Assembly (NCBI GenBank): GCA_002269645.1
Contig: NIVC01000700.1
Coordinates: 62,001 to 126,000 of the forward strand
DNA: 64,000 nucleotides
From: Macrostomum lignano
Taxonomy: Eukaryota
Direction of reading: 5' to 3'
Shown in pieces: positions 22,559 to 36,700 of the stretch (position 1 is its first letter; every line of letters starts with the position of its first letter). Under the pieces are notes generated by a model. The model was not told the origin of the DNA and did no database searches. It saw only the letters and a list, made by a program, of their open reading frames with translations. The position numbers were made by a program, and so were the translations under genes.

Positions 22559-25199
22559 ATACTACTCACCTGTGTTTACCGCACGCTTCCAGTTGTGCTT
22601 AGCAAGAGGCGGCATTTCTGAAATCAGTTGCGTTGCAATATATACTTGTATTTGTAATATTTTCTGAGCCCGATGATGACAATAAATTAGACAAAGTAGT
22701 TTGTCTCAAATCCCCTCATCCTCAGACAGAATCTCCGTCATCACCAGACACAGAATCTCCGTCATCATCAGACACAGAATCTCCGTCATCATCAGACCCA
22801 ATCTCCACCATCAGACACAGAATCTCCGTCATCATTAGACACATAATCTCCGTCATCATCAGACACAGAATCTCCTTCATCATCGGACACAATCTCCGTC
22901 ATCATCAGACACAGAATCTCCGTCATCATCAGACACAATCTCCACCATCAGACACAGAATCTCCGTCATCATCAGACCCAATCTCCACCATCAGACACAT
23001 AATCTCCGTCATCATCAGGCACAGAATCTCCGTCATCATCAGACACAGAATCTCCGTCATCATCAGACCCAATCTCCACCATCAGACACATAATCTCCGT
23101 CATCATCAGGCACAGAATCTCCGTCATCATCAGACACAGAATCTCCGTCATCATCAGACACAGAATCTCCGTCATCATCAGACACAATCTCCGTCATCAT
23201 CAGACACAATCTCCACCATCAGACACACAATCTCCGTCACCATCAGACACAATCTCCGTCATCATCAGACACAATCTCCACCATCAGACACACAATCTCC
23301 GTCACCATCAGACACAATCTCCGTCATCATCAGACACAATCTCCACCATCAGACACACAATCTCCGTCACCATCAGACACAATCTCCGTCATCATCAGGC
23401 ACAGAATCTCCGTCATCATCAGACACATAATCTCCGTCATCATCAGACACAGAATCTCCGTCATCATCAGACACACAATCTCCGTCACCATCAGACACAT
23501 AATCTCCGTCATCATCAGACACAGAATCTCCGTCATCATCAGACACAATCTCCACCATCAGACACAGAATCTCCGTCATCATCAGACACAATCTCCGTCA
23601 CCATCAGACACAATCTCCGTCATCATCAGGCACTGAATCTCTGTCATCATTAGACACAGCATCTCCGTCATCATCAGACACAATCTCCGTCATCATCAGA
23701 CACAGAATCTCCTTCATAATCGGACACAATCTCCGTCATCATCAGACACAATCTCCGTCATCATCAGGCACTGAATCTCTGTCATCATTAGACACAGCAT
23801 CTCCGTCATCATCAGACACAATCTCCGTCATCATCAGACACAGAATCTCCTTCATAATCGGACACAATCTCCGTCATCATCAGACACAATCTCCGTCATC
23901 ATCAGACACAGAATCTCCTTCATCATCGGACACAATCTCCGTCATCATCAGACAGAATCTCCATCATCAGACACAGAATCTCCGTCATCATCGGACACAA
24001 TCTTCGTCATCATCAGACAGAATCTCCGTTATCATCAGACACAGAATCTCCTTCATCATCGGACACAATCTCCGTCATCATCAGACACAGAATCACCTTC
24101 ATCATCGGACACAGAATCTCCTTCATCATCGGACACACAATCTCCGTCATCATCAGACATAGAATCTCCTTCATCATCGGACACAATCTCCGTCATCATC
24201 AGACAGAATCTCCGTCATCATCAGACACAGAATCACCTTCATCATCGGACACAATCTCCGTCATCATCAGACACAGAATCTCCGTCATCATCAGACACAG
24301 AATCACCTTCATCATCGGACACAATCTCCGTCATCATCAGACACAATCTCCACAGTATCCCCTTCACGAGCAAAGCGACTCCCACCTGCTTTAACCTGTC
24401 GTTCCGGCATGTCCATAGGAGGAGGCTGCAGCCGGGGGTGGCCGTGCCCAGCACCGCCTACCGCTGGAACATTGGCCGCAAAGTTTTCGCTCTGCTTAGT
24501 CAGCACGGCCAAGGTGCTGACGCTGAGAGCCAGCAGGCCAACCGCCAGGATGGCAGCAGCGGCAGTCCGACCAGAGGACTTGAATACGGTCAGAGAGAAG
24601 CTGGCGGGCAGGATGTAGCAAATCACCGAACCAGTCAGGGCTCCCGTGATGCCCAGCACAAATTCAACTGCGGGAACGGCGAGGCCGAGGGCGACGCGCG
24701 TTAAGGACTGGAATCAACTGAGACAGAAATCATTTTAGTTCTGCTACCCCTGGCCGCTTCAGTAATATTATAGACTCGCTAAAGATACTCCTGTCCGCTT
24801 CAGTTTCGCTGCAGGTAACACAGGTAAAATAGGAAAGAAGCGACTCTAAAACGACCAGATGTCGCGTTACAAGTCGTCAAAGAGTCGCTCAAGAGTTTCT
24901 GCGACTCTGGGGCGCTTCTATAATGACTATGGGACTGTAAATGCTAGTCCGACAGAGGGAGATCAGGGTGGACGACAGGTCACGGAGCAGATGATCAACC
25001 GTTATCTGTCGGACTTCTGACCTGACACTACTTGCATATCAATAGTGATACCGTAAGTCACGCAGCTTTGCGCTCTCTAAAGTACATTTTCGGCCCGTCG
25101 ACACTGCCTGTCTTAACCAATGGCATATAAATTGATCTATCTATCATCATCTATCTACCACCAATCTACCATCAATCTACCTATGTATCTATGTATCTA

Positions 25200-25248
<49 letters not shown>

Positions 25249-25319
25249 CATCTATCTATCTATCTATCTATGTATCTATCTATCTATCTATCCATCTATC
25301 ATCTATCTAACTATCTATC

Positions 25320-25412
<93 letters not shown>

Positions 25413-28400
25413 ACGCACCGTTAGGCAGCAGCAGTCCGCCAGCAAGGGTGCCAACAACAATCGCCACGGTGATGCCGCGGAACTGCGTCTCCGGTATGAC
25501 GCCACCAACGCTGACCTGGCCGCCGATGATGTCACCGAGGCCGCCGCTGGGCGTGTCAGACAAGCCGGTTTGCTGCAGTGCCAAAAAGTTTTGCTTGAAA
25601 GTTTTTTCTTAAAGAATACAAAAATTGCATCGTGTGGCAAATTTTATATGAAAGTGCTTGGACAGACAACACAGCTGCTAGTTGACAGGGGTTAACAACA
25701 AAATCATTACACACAAATTTAATTGCTGTTAAGCATTTACAAGAAAGCAGAGAATAATACGCCAAGACTAAATCTGAGTATTATATAGAGCAATAGTGAA
25801 GCAGGCCAGCTTTGACCAGCCAGATCTGACTGCACTTTGAGAATCTACTGAAAATAAGTAAAGATTAGAAATCAGCACTGCTCGATACCTGCGAAGATTC
25901 CGGTGAACCGACTGCGCCAGCCTTGAATTGTGCCAGATATGGGTGAGTAAATCAACTGATGCAGCTGAGATGGTTCTGCAATAGGGACTCTACACCTGGG
26001 AGGCTGGCCCAGAAACTGAGGATCTGGGAGGCTGGCCCAGAAACTGAAGATCTGGGAGGTTGGCCTAGTAACTGAAGATCTGGGAGGCTGGTAGTGGCCC
26101 AGCAACTGAGGATCTGGGAGGCTGATAGTGGCCCAGCAACTGAGGATCTGGAAGGCTGGTAGTGGCCCAGCAACTGAGGATCTGGGAGGCTGATAGTGGC
26201 CCAGCAACTGAGGATCTGGGAGGCTGGTAGTGGCCCAGCAACTGAGGATCTGGGAGGCTGTAGTGGCCCAGCAACTGAGGATCTGGGAGGCTGGTAGTGG
26301 CCCAGCAACTGAGGATCTGGGAGGCTGGTAGTGGCCCAGCAACTGAGGATCTGGGAGGCTGGTAGTGGCCCAGCAACTGAGGATCTGGGAGGCTGGTAGT
26401 GGCCCAGCAACTGAGGATCTGGGAGGCTGGTAGTGGCCCAGCAACTGAGGATCTGGGAGGCTGATAGTGGCCCAGCAACTGAGGATCTGGGAGGCTGATA
26501 GTGGCCCAGCAACTGAGGATCTGGGAGGCTGATAGTGGCCCAGCAACTGAGGATCTGGGAGGCTGGTAGTGGCCCAGCAACTGAGGATCTGGGAGGCTGG
26601 TAGTGGCCCAGCAACTGAGTATCTGGGAGGCTGATAGTGGCCCAGCAACTGAGGATCTGGGAGGCTGGTAGTGGCCCAGCAACTGAGGATCTGGGAGGCT
26701 GTAGTGGCCCAGCAACTGAGGATCTGGGAGGCTGTAGTGGCCCAGCAACTGAGGATCTGGGAGGCTGGTAGTGGCCCAGCAACTGAGGATCTGGGAGGCT
26801 GGTAGTGGCCCAGCAACTGAGTATCTGGGAGGCTGGTAGTGGCCCAGCAACTGAGGATCTGGGAGGCTGATAGTGGCCCAGCAACTGAGGATCTGGGAGG
26901 CTGATAGTGGCCCAGCAACTGAGGATCTGGGAGGCTGATAGTGGCCCAGCAACTGAGGATCTGGGAGGCTGGTAGTGGCCCAGCAACTGAGGATCTGGGA
27001 GGCTGGTAGTGGCCCAGCAACTGAGTATCTGGGAGGCTGATAGTGGCCCAGCAACTGAGGATCTGGGAGGCTGGTAGTGGCCCAGCAACTGAGGATCTGG
27101 GAGGCTGTAGTGGCCCAGCAACTGAGGATCTGGGAGGCTGTAGTGGCCCAGCAACTGAGGATCTGGGAGGCTGGTAGTGGCCCAGCAACTGAGGATCTGG
27201 GAGGCTGGTAGTGGCCCAGCAACTGAGTATCTGGGAGGCTGATAGTGGCCCAGCAACTGAGGATCTGGGAGGCTGGTAGTGGCCCAGCAACTGAGGATCT
27301 GGGAGGCTGTAGTGGCCCAGCAACTGAGGATCTGGGAGGCTGTAGTGGCCCAGCAACTGAGGATCTGGGAGGCTGTAGTGGCCCAGCAACTGAGAATCTG
27401 GCAGGGTGACACAATGGCTCAGCAACTGAATGTTGTTCTCTCAACCACGCAATGTACAACTTTAATCTCCCAAACAAAGGTTTGTCGAAAATCCTGGCAA
27501 AGGTTAACTGGATCAAGTGGTGATACACAGAGCTAATGAGTTTGAATTATTTTGTAACAACCTCCACCTTAGCAAGGGATAAAAGCATTAGAGACAAAAA
27601 AGCAACTGAAAGTGCCCAAGCTCACCCGCAGATAGAACAGGCTGAACACGCTGACCCGACAGGGATAAATTATCACTGGGAAGCTGACAGCGATAGACAT
27701 AACTAGGAAGAGCCTGACCAGGTTGCACAGCGGGGTGCTCGGGTACATGGCAGTCAGGTCGCCGTGGATCACCGGGTGGGAGGCGTTGCAGGCCACGTAA
27801 CCGATGGCCCCCACCTGCAGGGGAGATGTAGGTCTAGGATGAAAGGGTCTACGAGTAGATTTAGGGTTGGAATGTAGGGGAAAATAATATGAATGATTCA
27901 TATCCGTAGGAGCAGAAATACTTAAATATAAAACAAGGAAAATAACTGCAGAATGAACTTGCTTACAAAAATATAAAAAACGCAGGATGAAGTGACCGAC
28001 AAAGTGAGAATCTTCTGCACAGTCTTGATGCTTGGCTGGGAAAGCGAGTCGTACAAGAGGAATAGTTGTCTGAAATGCGTTCGAATAATATTTTGCCAGT
28101 TGTGCCTACTTTGAGTAGAAATGCAGGGAATTTGCCTGTGCGAACTGTCTCTGAAAGATCTAAAGCGAGATGAGTTGCATGAGATCAAGGAAGCTGCATT
28201 GAGTTGAAGGGAGTTTCGACAAGATGAAAGTAGTAGCATCGATATGAAGGGGGTTGCATAGAGATGAAGGGAGGTGCATCGAGATGAAGGGATTTGCATT
28301 GAGATGAAGGGAGTTGATCGAATTGAGATGAAGGGAGTTGAATTGAGATGAAAGGAGTTGAATTGAGATGAAGGGAGTTGAATTGAGATGAAGGGAGTTG

Positions 28401-31400
28401 AATTGAGATGAAGGGAGTTGGATTGAGATGAAAGGAGTTGAATTGAGATGAAGGGAGTTGAATTGAGATGAAGGGAGTTGAATTGAGATGAAGGGAGTTG
28501 GATTGAGATGAAAGGAGTTGAATTGAGATGAAAGGAGTTGAATTGAGATGAAAGGAGTTGAATTGAGATGAAAGGAGTTGAATTGAGATGAAAGGAGTTG
28601 AATTGAGATGAAAGGAGTTGAATTGAGATGAAGGAGGTTGTATCGAGATGAAGGGATTTGTATAAAAGATGAAGGGAGTTGCACTGAGATGAAGGGAATT
28701 TACCAATACGAGCTAGTAAAAATACCCAGCCATTTTTCCGCTCGGAACAATGCAACACAGGCACACAAAATTAAAAAACAGGGGCTAACTTTGAACGTTA
28801 AACTGTGATACAGACACATACAAGCAGCATTCCCTCTTGGCTGTTTGCGCAGACACGCGTATAAGATTTGTTTATACGAACTTGTGTCTGAAATCTGGAA
28901 CTAGTGCTATTGAAGATATAGGAATGTTACATAGTCATTTCAACGGACGAGGGGGGCACTAAAGACCATTTTTTCAAATGATTTTCTCACACTTACGTCT
29001 GACAAGAGAAGGCCAGGCACATTATTGGCAATGCATAGAATAGTCCGCTGGGCCTGAACCAGTTGTAAGGCGCTTCGTATGGGTTCTTGAGTGCCGGATT
29101 CAGCAGCTCAGAGATCTTCTGCTGCAGAGTCAGTCCGATCAGCTGTTGTAACGGAAGTGTTGCGTAGAATTAATAATTATCGTTTAGGACAGCAGGCCAA
29201 TCAGAACCTTTTGGGAGGGAGGGGCAGCAGGCCAATCAGAACCTTTTGGGAGGGAGGGGCAGCAGGCCAATCAGAGCCTTAGGGAAGAGGGAGGGACAGC
29301 AGGCCAATCAGAGCCTTAGGGAAGAGGGAGGGACAGCAGGCCAATCAGAGCCTTAGAGAAGAGGGAGGGACAGCAGGCCAATCAGAGCCTTAGAGAAAAG
29401 GGAGGGGCAGCAGGCCAATCAGAGCCTTAGAGAAGAGGGAGGGGCAGCAGGCCAATCAGAGCCTTAGGGGAGGGAGGCGCAGCAGGCCAATCAGAGCCCT
29501 GGAGGAGAGGGGAGGGGCAGCAGACCAATCAGAGCCATAGGGGAGGGAAGCGCAGCAGACCAACCAGAGCCTTAGGGGAGGGAGGGGCAGCAGACCAACC
29601 AGAGCCTTAGGGGAGGGAGGGGCAGCAGACCAACCAGAGCCTTGTGGAGGTTGGGGCACAGTTCAATTAGAGCCTGGAGCTGGAGAGTTAATCAAGTGTA
29701 TTTCAGTTACAGGCTCTCACATGCAGCAGGAAGCCAGCATAGCAGGAGAGAGACACGAAGCTGATCCGGGCCAGCGAGGCGGGATCTCGCATCAGCGAGA
29801 GCGGCAGGATGACGCCGGCGGCAAAAGCTGTCATGACGACGCCGCGAAGGTTGGGCAGGCTGGCGGGATCCGAGCCCAACAGGGCGGCGACCACCTGGAG
29901 ACGAATTTTTCGATGTCTTTTTTAAAGATGCGGGATAAATGTTGCCTGGCTAAATTAGCACTTGCGACCCCAGCTTACTTAGCAATCTACCATAGATGCC
30001 AACTTAGTGCAACAGAGGAAAGTAGTACAAAGTGCTAATTGGTACACAAGCACTCTTGAATTCAGTCCAGAGCCCTAACTTAGATAGTCTAGCTCTATGA
30101 CTCAATGCGCAGTTGGATGGTTGATCCTAATCCATTTGGTCTCCCTAACCAGTTACTAAAATGAATAAATTGCACCTACCTGCGGACAGAGATCGCCAAC
30201 AATAATTTGAAAAGCAACCAGAGTGCCAAGCGACAGGCCGATCATACTGAACTCTACTATCAGCTTGCCCATGGGTCCGTACAGGTAATGGGCGAGGAAT
30301 TCAAAGCTGTTTTGTTTAGTTGCCAGGGCGCAGGTGAGCAGCATGCGGCTGGACTTCAGTGTGGCCAAGCTGACCAGAATTAACAGCAGGCCGGCCAGTA
30401 GGAAGCCGCACTGGATAAGGAGGGGGTTGATTCGGCTAATTAAAAAATTAGAAAACTAATTATAACCAGCTGAGTATTGCTGAACAAAGCTAAGCCACTC
30501 GTACTATCCAGACCGGCTTCGCAAGTGTGTGCTTGCGGTTTCCTATATACTGCTCTCGTCATGCTTAGACTTTAATTTTCAAAATTCAAAACCAATCGAC
30601 TTTTTCTTAAGCCGTGTATGCCGCCGGTATCAGTTTGTCCACATACACAACACAGCGCATGCTGAAGACTTTGCGACTTAACCACCTCTGCCTAAGGGGG
30701 GCCGTAGCCCAGCGGTAGCGCAGCTGCTCTGGTGTGCCAGCGACCCAGGCTCGATTCCAAGTGCAGTCACATTAATTTGGGGCTGAATTGAAATCTCGGC
30801 TTGGCTCTGCTCGTGCAATTAACGGCCTTGAGAGCCAACCCCCCAAGGTGCAGTGAAGTGTACATGCCTAACGATAATATAAAGTTAGGGCCGCTGTACA
30901 CTCCTGTGTGAGTGTGTGCCTGCGTACGTATCCGCGCGCTTGTATGCCTGCTCAGGGGAGTCGGCGGAATGGGCAGTAATGCCTCTCACCGGTTGTGTGC
31001 CTATGTCGCTTAAAGTGCGCCAGGGTGCACACAACCCCCCTGCCTCTAAAAAAATAAATAAACTACCTCTGCCTATTAGCAACATATCCTGCTCAAGGCG
31101 ACATTCCAAAATGAGATGCGTGGCGTTGATTCGGTTTTGCTGAAAGTCTTTAAGTCACAATTAAACTGCATGAGCCTTGACCTTGGAAACTGCAGTTGTA
31201 CATCCTAGTGTTGTACATTACTTGCAGCGTATATAATAAGAAATATTGCGACTGCTTTGGTGATGAGTTCCCATCCGAAGCTACCGAACTTCGACGACGG
31301 CTATCTGGCGACTAGCGGAATTCAGGGCACAAAAACCGGTGCAGTCCGTCCCCCGCCGTTGTTCGCAGGATGTTAAATCGGTTCCTTGTAATCAGCCCAA

Positions 31401-31979
31401 CGTGCTTTCAATGCCGAGAGATTATAAACGACATGTGCTAATATACTCTGGAGCGTGAAATACCTACGCGACGATGGTCTGCAAGAATATTTAGCGAATA
31501 CACACTGTGGATCTGTGTTGTAATCATGAACTTTTTCATCCTCTGCGGCATCATGGATTACAAGGAGTACTCGGACAACGTAAGGAGCAGCAATTATTAC
31601 AATAGAAGACTTAAACATAGTACATGCACATACATGTACAGTATACCGTCTTGTACAGTAACTGATCCAACATTTACATTAATGCATATAGGCCAAAGAA
31701 TCAATCTATTGGTCGAAATGAAATGGCCAAATTAGCACAGTTGAGACGAAGATTACGAGTATTTATGAGCCACTTGTTTCTGGCTGGTGTACATTATTAT
31801 CTGAAAAAGAGGCTCCAACCAATTATAACAACTATAGGGATTATTATGCTCAATCGAATAATGTCGGTGATCGAATAGTTAGTCTGTCGCACCTGAGCAA
31901 AGCAGAAAGGCATGGCCAGAACAGTGACGCCCACAATACTGTTGGTGAGAGTGGCGGCAGCCTGGAAGAACTCGCCCAT
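22261..31979 (-). CDS. SLC38A10: SLC38A10-like amino acid transporter (about 523 aa)
   Basis: Exons 31979-31893, 30410-30180, 29894-29721, 29142-28997, 28069-27967, 27814-27626, 25572-25419, 24667-24386, 22617-22570, 22418-22261; 1572 nt in frame. Motifs [56 protein letters not shown] and [10 protein letters not shown] match SLC38A10 as recalled. The last two exons are less certain. Confidence 0.88.
22462..22564. repeat. (CTA)n microsatellite, intronic
   Basis: Direct reading. Confidence 0.95.
22720..24352. repeat. Variant 22-24-bp minisatellite (ATCTCCGTCATCATCAGACACAGA), intronic
   Basis: Fills most of SLC38A10 intron 8. Confidence 0.95.
25135..25411. repeat. (TCTA)n microsatellite, intronic
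   Basis: Direct reading. Confidence 0.95.
26000..27400. repeat. 33/34-bp minisatellite (GAGGATCTGGGAGGCTGGTAGTGGCCCAGCAACT), about 40 copies, intronic
   Basis: Near-perfect array in SLC38A10 intron 6. Confidence 0.97.
28180..28700. repeat. 20-bp minisatellite (GAATTGAGATGAAGGGAGTT), intronic
   Basis: Array in SLC38A10 intron 4 with degenerate edges. Confidence 0.92.
29190..29645. repeat. About 37-bp minisatellite containing GGCCAATCAG, intronic
   Basis: About 13 units in SLC38A10 intron 3. Confidence 0.92.
30695..31060 (+). mobile_element. Full-length tRNA-derived SINE with A-rich tail and about 15-bp TSD
   Basis: A box TAGCCCAGCGG (30705-30715), B box GGCTCGATTCC and tail AAAAAAATAAATA. 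Flanked by AACCACCTCTGCCTA (30680-30694) and AACTACCTCTGCCTA (31061-31075). Confidence 0.88.
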
Positions 31980-32129
31980 CTGGCCGTCAACAGTTCACTG
32001 GCCTAACTAGAACTGTCAATCTGGTTGAGAGGCGCCTCTGGCTGGTGAATTTGGCTGAAAAAAGTTTTTGTCCAGGATTTTTTAGTCCTTATTTGCATTA
32101 GAGCGACCCAGAGAGCAGGACCGTAAGAG

Positions 32130-32420
32130 TGGACCCAAGAGTGACCGTCAGAGCGGACCCTAGAGTGACCGTGAGAGCGGACCCTAGAGTGACCGTGAGA
32201 GCGGACCCTAGAGTGACCGTGAGAGCGGACCCTAGAGTGACCGTGAGAGCGGACCCTAGAGTGACCGTGAGAGCGGACCCTAGAGTGAACGTGAGAGCGG
32301 ACCCTAGAGTGACCGTGAGAGCGGACCCTAGAGTGACCGTGAGAGCAGACCCTAGAGTGACCGTGAGAGCGGACCCTAGAGTGATCGTGAGAGCGGACCC
32401 TAGAGTGACTGTGAGAGTGG
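32130..32420. repeat. 24-bp tandem repeat (GTGACCGTGAGAGCGGACCCTAGA), about 12 copies
   Basis: Lies just upstream of the SLC38A10 start exon. Confidence 0.95.
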
Positions 32421-33720
32421 ACCCTATAGAGGGAGGGGGCGAGCATAAAGGGAAAGGGCTAACTGCAGAGGAGTGGGTGGCAGAAGGAGAAATGGGCCAT
32501 GCAACTAGAACTGATAGATAAAAACTTTAATTCACGAATGAAAAAGACTGTTCCGCTAGAAAGAGAACTGCAAAAAATGAATGCAGGCAAAAATGATGAC
32601 AGGCTTCAATGCGCAACGGATTATAATATATCCATAGCTTTGTAATTAGTAATCAACAGAAACAAAATTGGAAATTCGATCCGATCATAAAAGTGTTACT
32701 TATAATAATAATTATTATCAATTAGTTGCACTCAGCCCCGAGCGAAGGGTTATATTGATAAAAGTTGTGAAATTAAGTATACAGATCTCTTTGCACGGGT
32801 GTACGCTATTAATTATACAAACAATAATTTCTGTACAATATAACGCGATATGCACATACTCCCTATAGTTTTATAGCTATAATCGCGTTGAGACAGGGAG
32901 AAGGAGGAAAAAACACACAATGTTGCTTTTGAGTCACTTTCAGCTAGACCGGCGATCGGCATTTGTTAGTGCGCGGCAGTCTAGCAGTGCTTTTAGGAGC
33001 AACAGACACAGACAGAGCGCAAATTTAGCAGAGACAGATAGAGGGGAGAAAGAGAAATTAGGGGCCACAGAAGAAGTTTAGCTGGATGCGGGAAACACAG
33101 TGTTAGCGCATCATTGTGCAGCTGGCTCCGAGATGACAGAATATCAATGGAATCAGCAGCAGAAGGCAAAGTAAGCAAAGCAAATGGCATGGCAACTAAT
33201 AATTTTATTTTTGGAACAAAGAAGAAAACATGACATATTCGCAGACGACAAACAGATTTACTGGCCTGTCGGGGGTCTTTGTGCATTTAAGTGACAGTGA
33301 AACAAATCGGCATATTATTTAATAAAGCAAGGCAGGCAGACACAAATCGATAAGCGGGCAGGCTGTGGTGCTGTGCTGCACACACAGGGAGACTGAATAT
33401 TTACTGCCTGTTAAAAAAGAAACGATTAAGAATTGCATTGTGCAGCACTTCCGCTTGGCGACAAGCGCGCAGAAAAAAAACATTAAAACGACAAAGCAGG
33501 TAGAAAAACACAAAGAAACCTGTCCACTATCAGATACAGGGGACACACAATTGATCGAGTTAAAAAAATTCTTTAGCAGAAAGAAGAAAAACAAAAAGAA
33601 ACAAATTAATCAGACAAACTGGTGCAGGTAAATACGATGAGAAATTGAATAGGGGCTGCGGAGCGCAGGATAAATAACAGTAACTAAAAACATAATACTT
33701 GAATAAACTGGATTGGAGAA

Positions 33721-36700
33721 TCAGGACTTCGCCTCGGCCGCTGCCGCCTCTTCCAGGTCGATCTGCAGGTCGCCCGGGCTCGACGCTTCAGAGCCGCCGC
33801 CGCTGTTTTTCGCCGACGGCGCGGTCTCCCCCGTGCTGTTGGGCTTCGGCGGCGCTGACGACGCCGCGGAGGCAGCACCAGCCGAGATGCCGTTCGAGCC
33901 GTCGACCGCGGCCGCAGCGGCTGAGTTCGAATTCGCCGACGCATTGGACTGGCCGCTAGCGGGCGAATCGGAGGCGGCGGCCGCTGCAGCGGCCAAATGC
34001 CGCTTTTTCAATGGGACAGCGGCGCCCGAAGCCGGCTGCGACGACTCCGAGCAAGACGGCGTCGATTGCTGCTGCTGCTGCTGCTGCTTTAGTGGCGGCG
34101 TTTCTTCAGCGCGGCTAGCCACCTGCTGCTGCTGTTGGTGCCGCTGCTGCTGCTGCTGCTTCTGTAACTGAAAATCGTCGCTGATAATTTTGTCGATGTG
34201 ATCGCCGAATGTTAGAACTGAAGCACCTGCAATTGAAGCAGCCGTTGCGGCTGCGACAGTTGCTGGCGAGGACACAGATGGCGCCGAGGAGGAAGTGACA
34301 GCGGCTGACGGAGCGGAAGCGGCCGTCGGGAGCTGGGAACTGGCGGACAAGTGATGCACCGCCTGCTGCTGGTGAGGATTATGATGATGGTGGTGGTGGT
34401 GGTGATGATGATGCGGATGCTGCGGCTGCTTCTGCTGCTGCGGATGAGGATTCTGGTGCTGTGATTGAGAATGGTGCTGTTGATGATGCTGATACTTGGC
34501 CTGCTTTGCCTGATGCTGCTGCTGCTGCTGTTGTTGAGGATGCGGCCGCTTAGCAGCCTGCTGAGACTCTTTGTGCGGATTCAAATTGGTGCTGATCTGA
34601 TTCTGAATAATCACGTCAATCAGAGTGGCTGCTGTCATCATATTCTCCGAGCTAGAGCTGGTCACCAGGCCGATTGACGATTCACTGGCTGCGGTGGTAG
34701 CGTTGGCCCCATGATGAAAACGCCTGGGCTGAGGCTGAGGCTGGTGCTGCTGGCGCTGTTGTTGTTGTTGCTGCTGCTGCTGCTGCATCTGCTGTTGCAG
34801 AAGCATTGTCTGCTGCTGCGGAAACGGATGCGGGTGAAGATGCTGAGAGTGCGGCGGAACCTGCGGAGGTGGAGGAGGCGGCGGCGGAAGCAGCTGTTGC
34901 GGCGGCTCCTTAGCGGCAGGCGGAGCCATAGGCGGCGGCATGCGCTGCTCATTGGCCATACGCTGCCTTCTGTTAGCCAGTACGTGATAGAGCTGGCTGG
35001 CTTCGGAGCTGGTCCTGGTGCGCTCGGCGTCGCTCATAGCCCGACCTCGGAAGGTGAACGGCTCGACCTCTTCGCGATATTTCTGCTCAGCCTGAGCTGC
35101 GAAATAATCAGACTGAGACATTAGCTGCGGTGGCGGCGGCGGGGGCGGGGGCGGCGGCAGCGACTGTGGCACCATCTCGTACATCATTGACTGGTGCTGG
35201 GAGGAAGAAGGGTGCATCGGATGCTGCTGCCTCTGCTGCTGCTGATGATGATGATGCTGGGATGGTGACACAGGCATCCCACCGTGTGGCGGCGCACCGG
35301 GACCACCAAGTCTCTGAGCGGCGAGAAAGTTTTCCTGGATAATTGCGCGTGTGTTGGCAGCTTGATCGCTGCCGCCGCCGCCCCCGCTGGCTGGTGAGAA
35401 CGGAGGGGGCGGAGGCGGGTGCGGAGGAGGCGCCGTCTTAACCAGCGGCGGGGGTGGCTGCTGCTGCTGCTTTTGTCGGTGCCGCATCATGTCTGCGGCT
35501 GCGGCGGCTTGTTGTTGCGCTGCCGAGGCTGAGTAATCGAATCGATTCATTGGCATTTTTGGAGAAGATGACGAGTTTCGTACAACGGAGGCTGGCTGCG
35601 ACGGTTGCTGTACTGGATAAGGCCTGGACACAATCAGGCTGGCTGGCAGCTGCTGCGAGGCTGGAGGCGGCGGTCCCGAAACTGTTGTGAGATTCTTCTC
35701 TATTGTTATATTAATCAAATCTTTGATTGACTTCTGCGGCGACTCCTCGGCGACTGACGCGCCCATTGACGCGGCCGGCATCGGGGACAACGCCGTCAAC
35801 CGGCCGCCGAGACTGCTGTTGCCACCAGGCGAGGAGGAAGCGGCGGCTGCGGCGGCAGCGGATGGCGGATTGAGAGTCGCTGTTGGAGCCAGCGGACTGG
35901 AGGACTGGCGGCTGGCGCTGGGCGGCCGCAGCGGCGACCGATGCGGCGGGGTCGAATGCGGCGTCTGTTTTGCTTGCTGCTGAGGCTGCTGCTGCTGCTG
36001 CTGCTGCTGCTGTGGCGGCGGCGGCGGCAGGGGAGGCGTAGACGAAGGTGGCGACTCCTGCTGGCTGGACTGCGGTGGGACTGACGGCTCCGAATTGGTC
36101 CCGTCGGCATTCGAAACGGCGACAGTGGGATTTGCCGCGGAGGCGGGAGCAGCAGCCGCGGGGGCGGCCGAGGATGCACCGCCTCCAGTTCGGTTGGCTT
36201 CGATGACTTTCCGCCGGCGAATATTGTGCTTCTTATACAGCTGCTTGTAGGCTTCCTTCTTCTTGGTCAGATAGTAGAACTGCACGCAATCCGGCACGGA
36301 TTTGTTCTCCAGAAAGGCGGCAATCGCTCCGAAATTTTTTCCATACAACAGGAACTTTTCCTTGAACGTGGCCCTCTCGTGCGGCAGCCATCTGAATGAC
36401 AGGTCCTGATCGGCGTTCCACAGTTGCACGGGATCGCCTCGAACTAGTCCGTTGCTATTAGCAACCAAGCGACGCCGTTCCCATGGCGGCAACAGCATAG
36501 GCGGCAGCACGGCTAAACTCTTCATCCGCTCTTCCTCTTCACGGGCATTCTTAATCGTGTCAACCATCTCGTTGACTTCGGCCTCGCTTCGGGCGGCCGG
36601 CTGGGCGTAGAAGCGTTCCATTCGCTCCTTCTCTTCGCGACTTTTGCGCACCTCGGGAAGTATTTCTCAAAATAGTCGCGCGATTTAGCGTCGCGCTGTT

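Noticed and set aside
25872-27528. Three roughly 500-aa minus-strand ORFs
   Set aside because: All three frames give the same rotating 34-aa peptide from a 34-bp unit inside an SLC38A10 intron.
30695-30770. tRNA gene (also 3665-3737 on the minus strand)
   Set aside because: A and B boxes are present but there is no complete cloverleaf. Both continue into SINE bodies with simple-sequence tails.
33713-35342. Plus-strand ORFs antisense to NCoR, and minus-strand ORFs antisense to paramyosin
   Set aside because: Expected shadow ORFs of GC-rich coding sequence.
36645-36665. Programmed -1 ribosomal frameshift in NCoR
   Set aside because: No X-XXY-YYZ slippery heptamer at the site. A homopolymer error or mutation is simpler.
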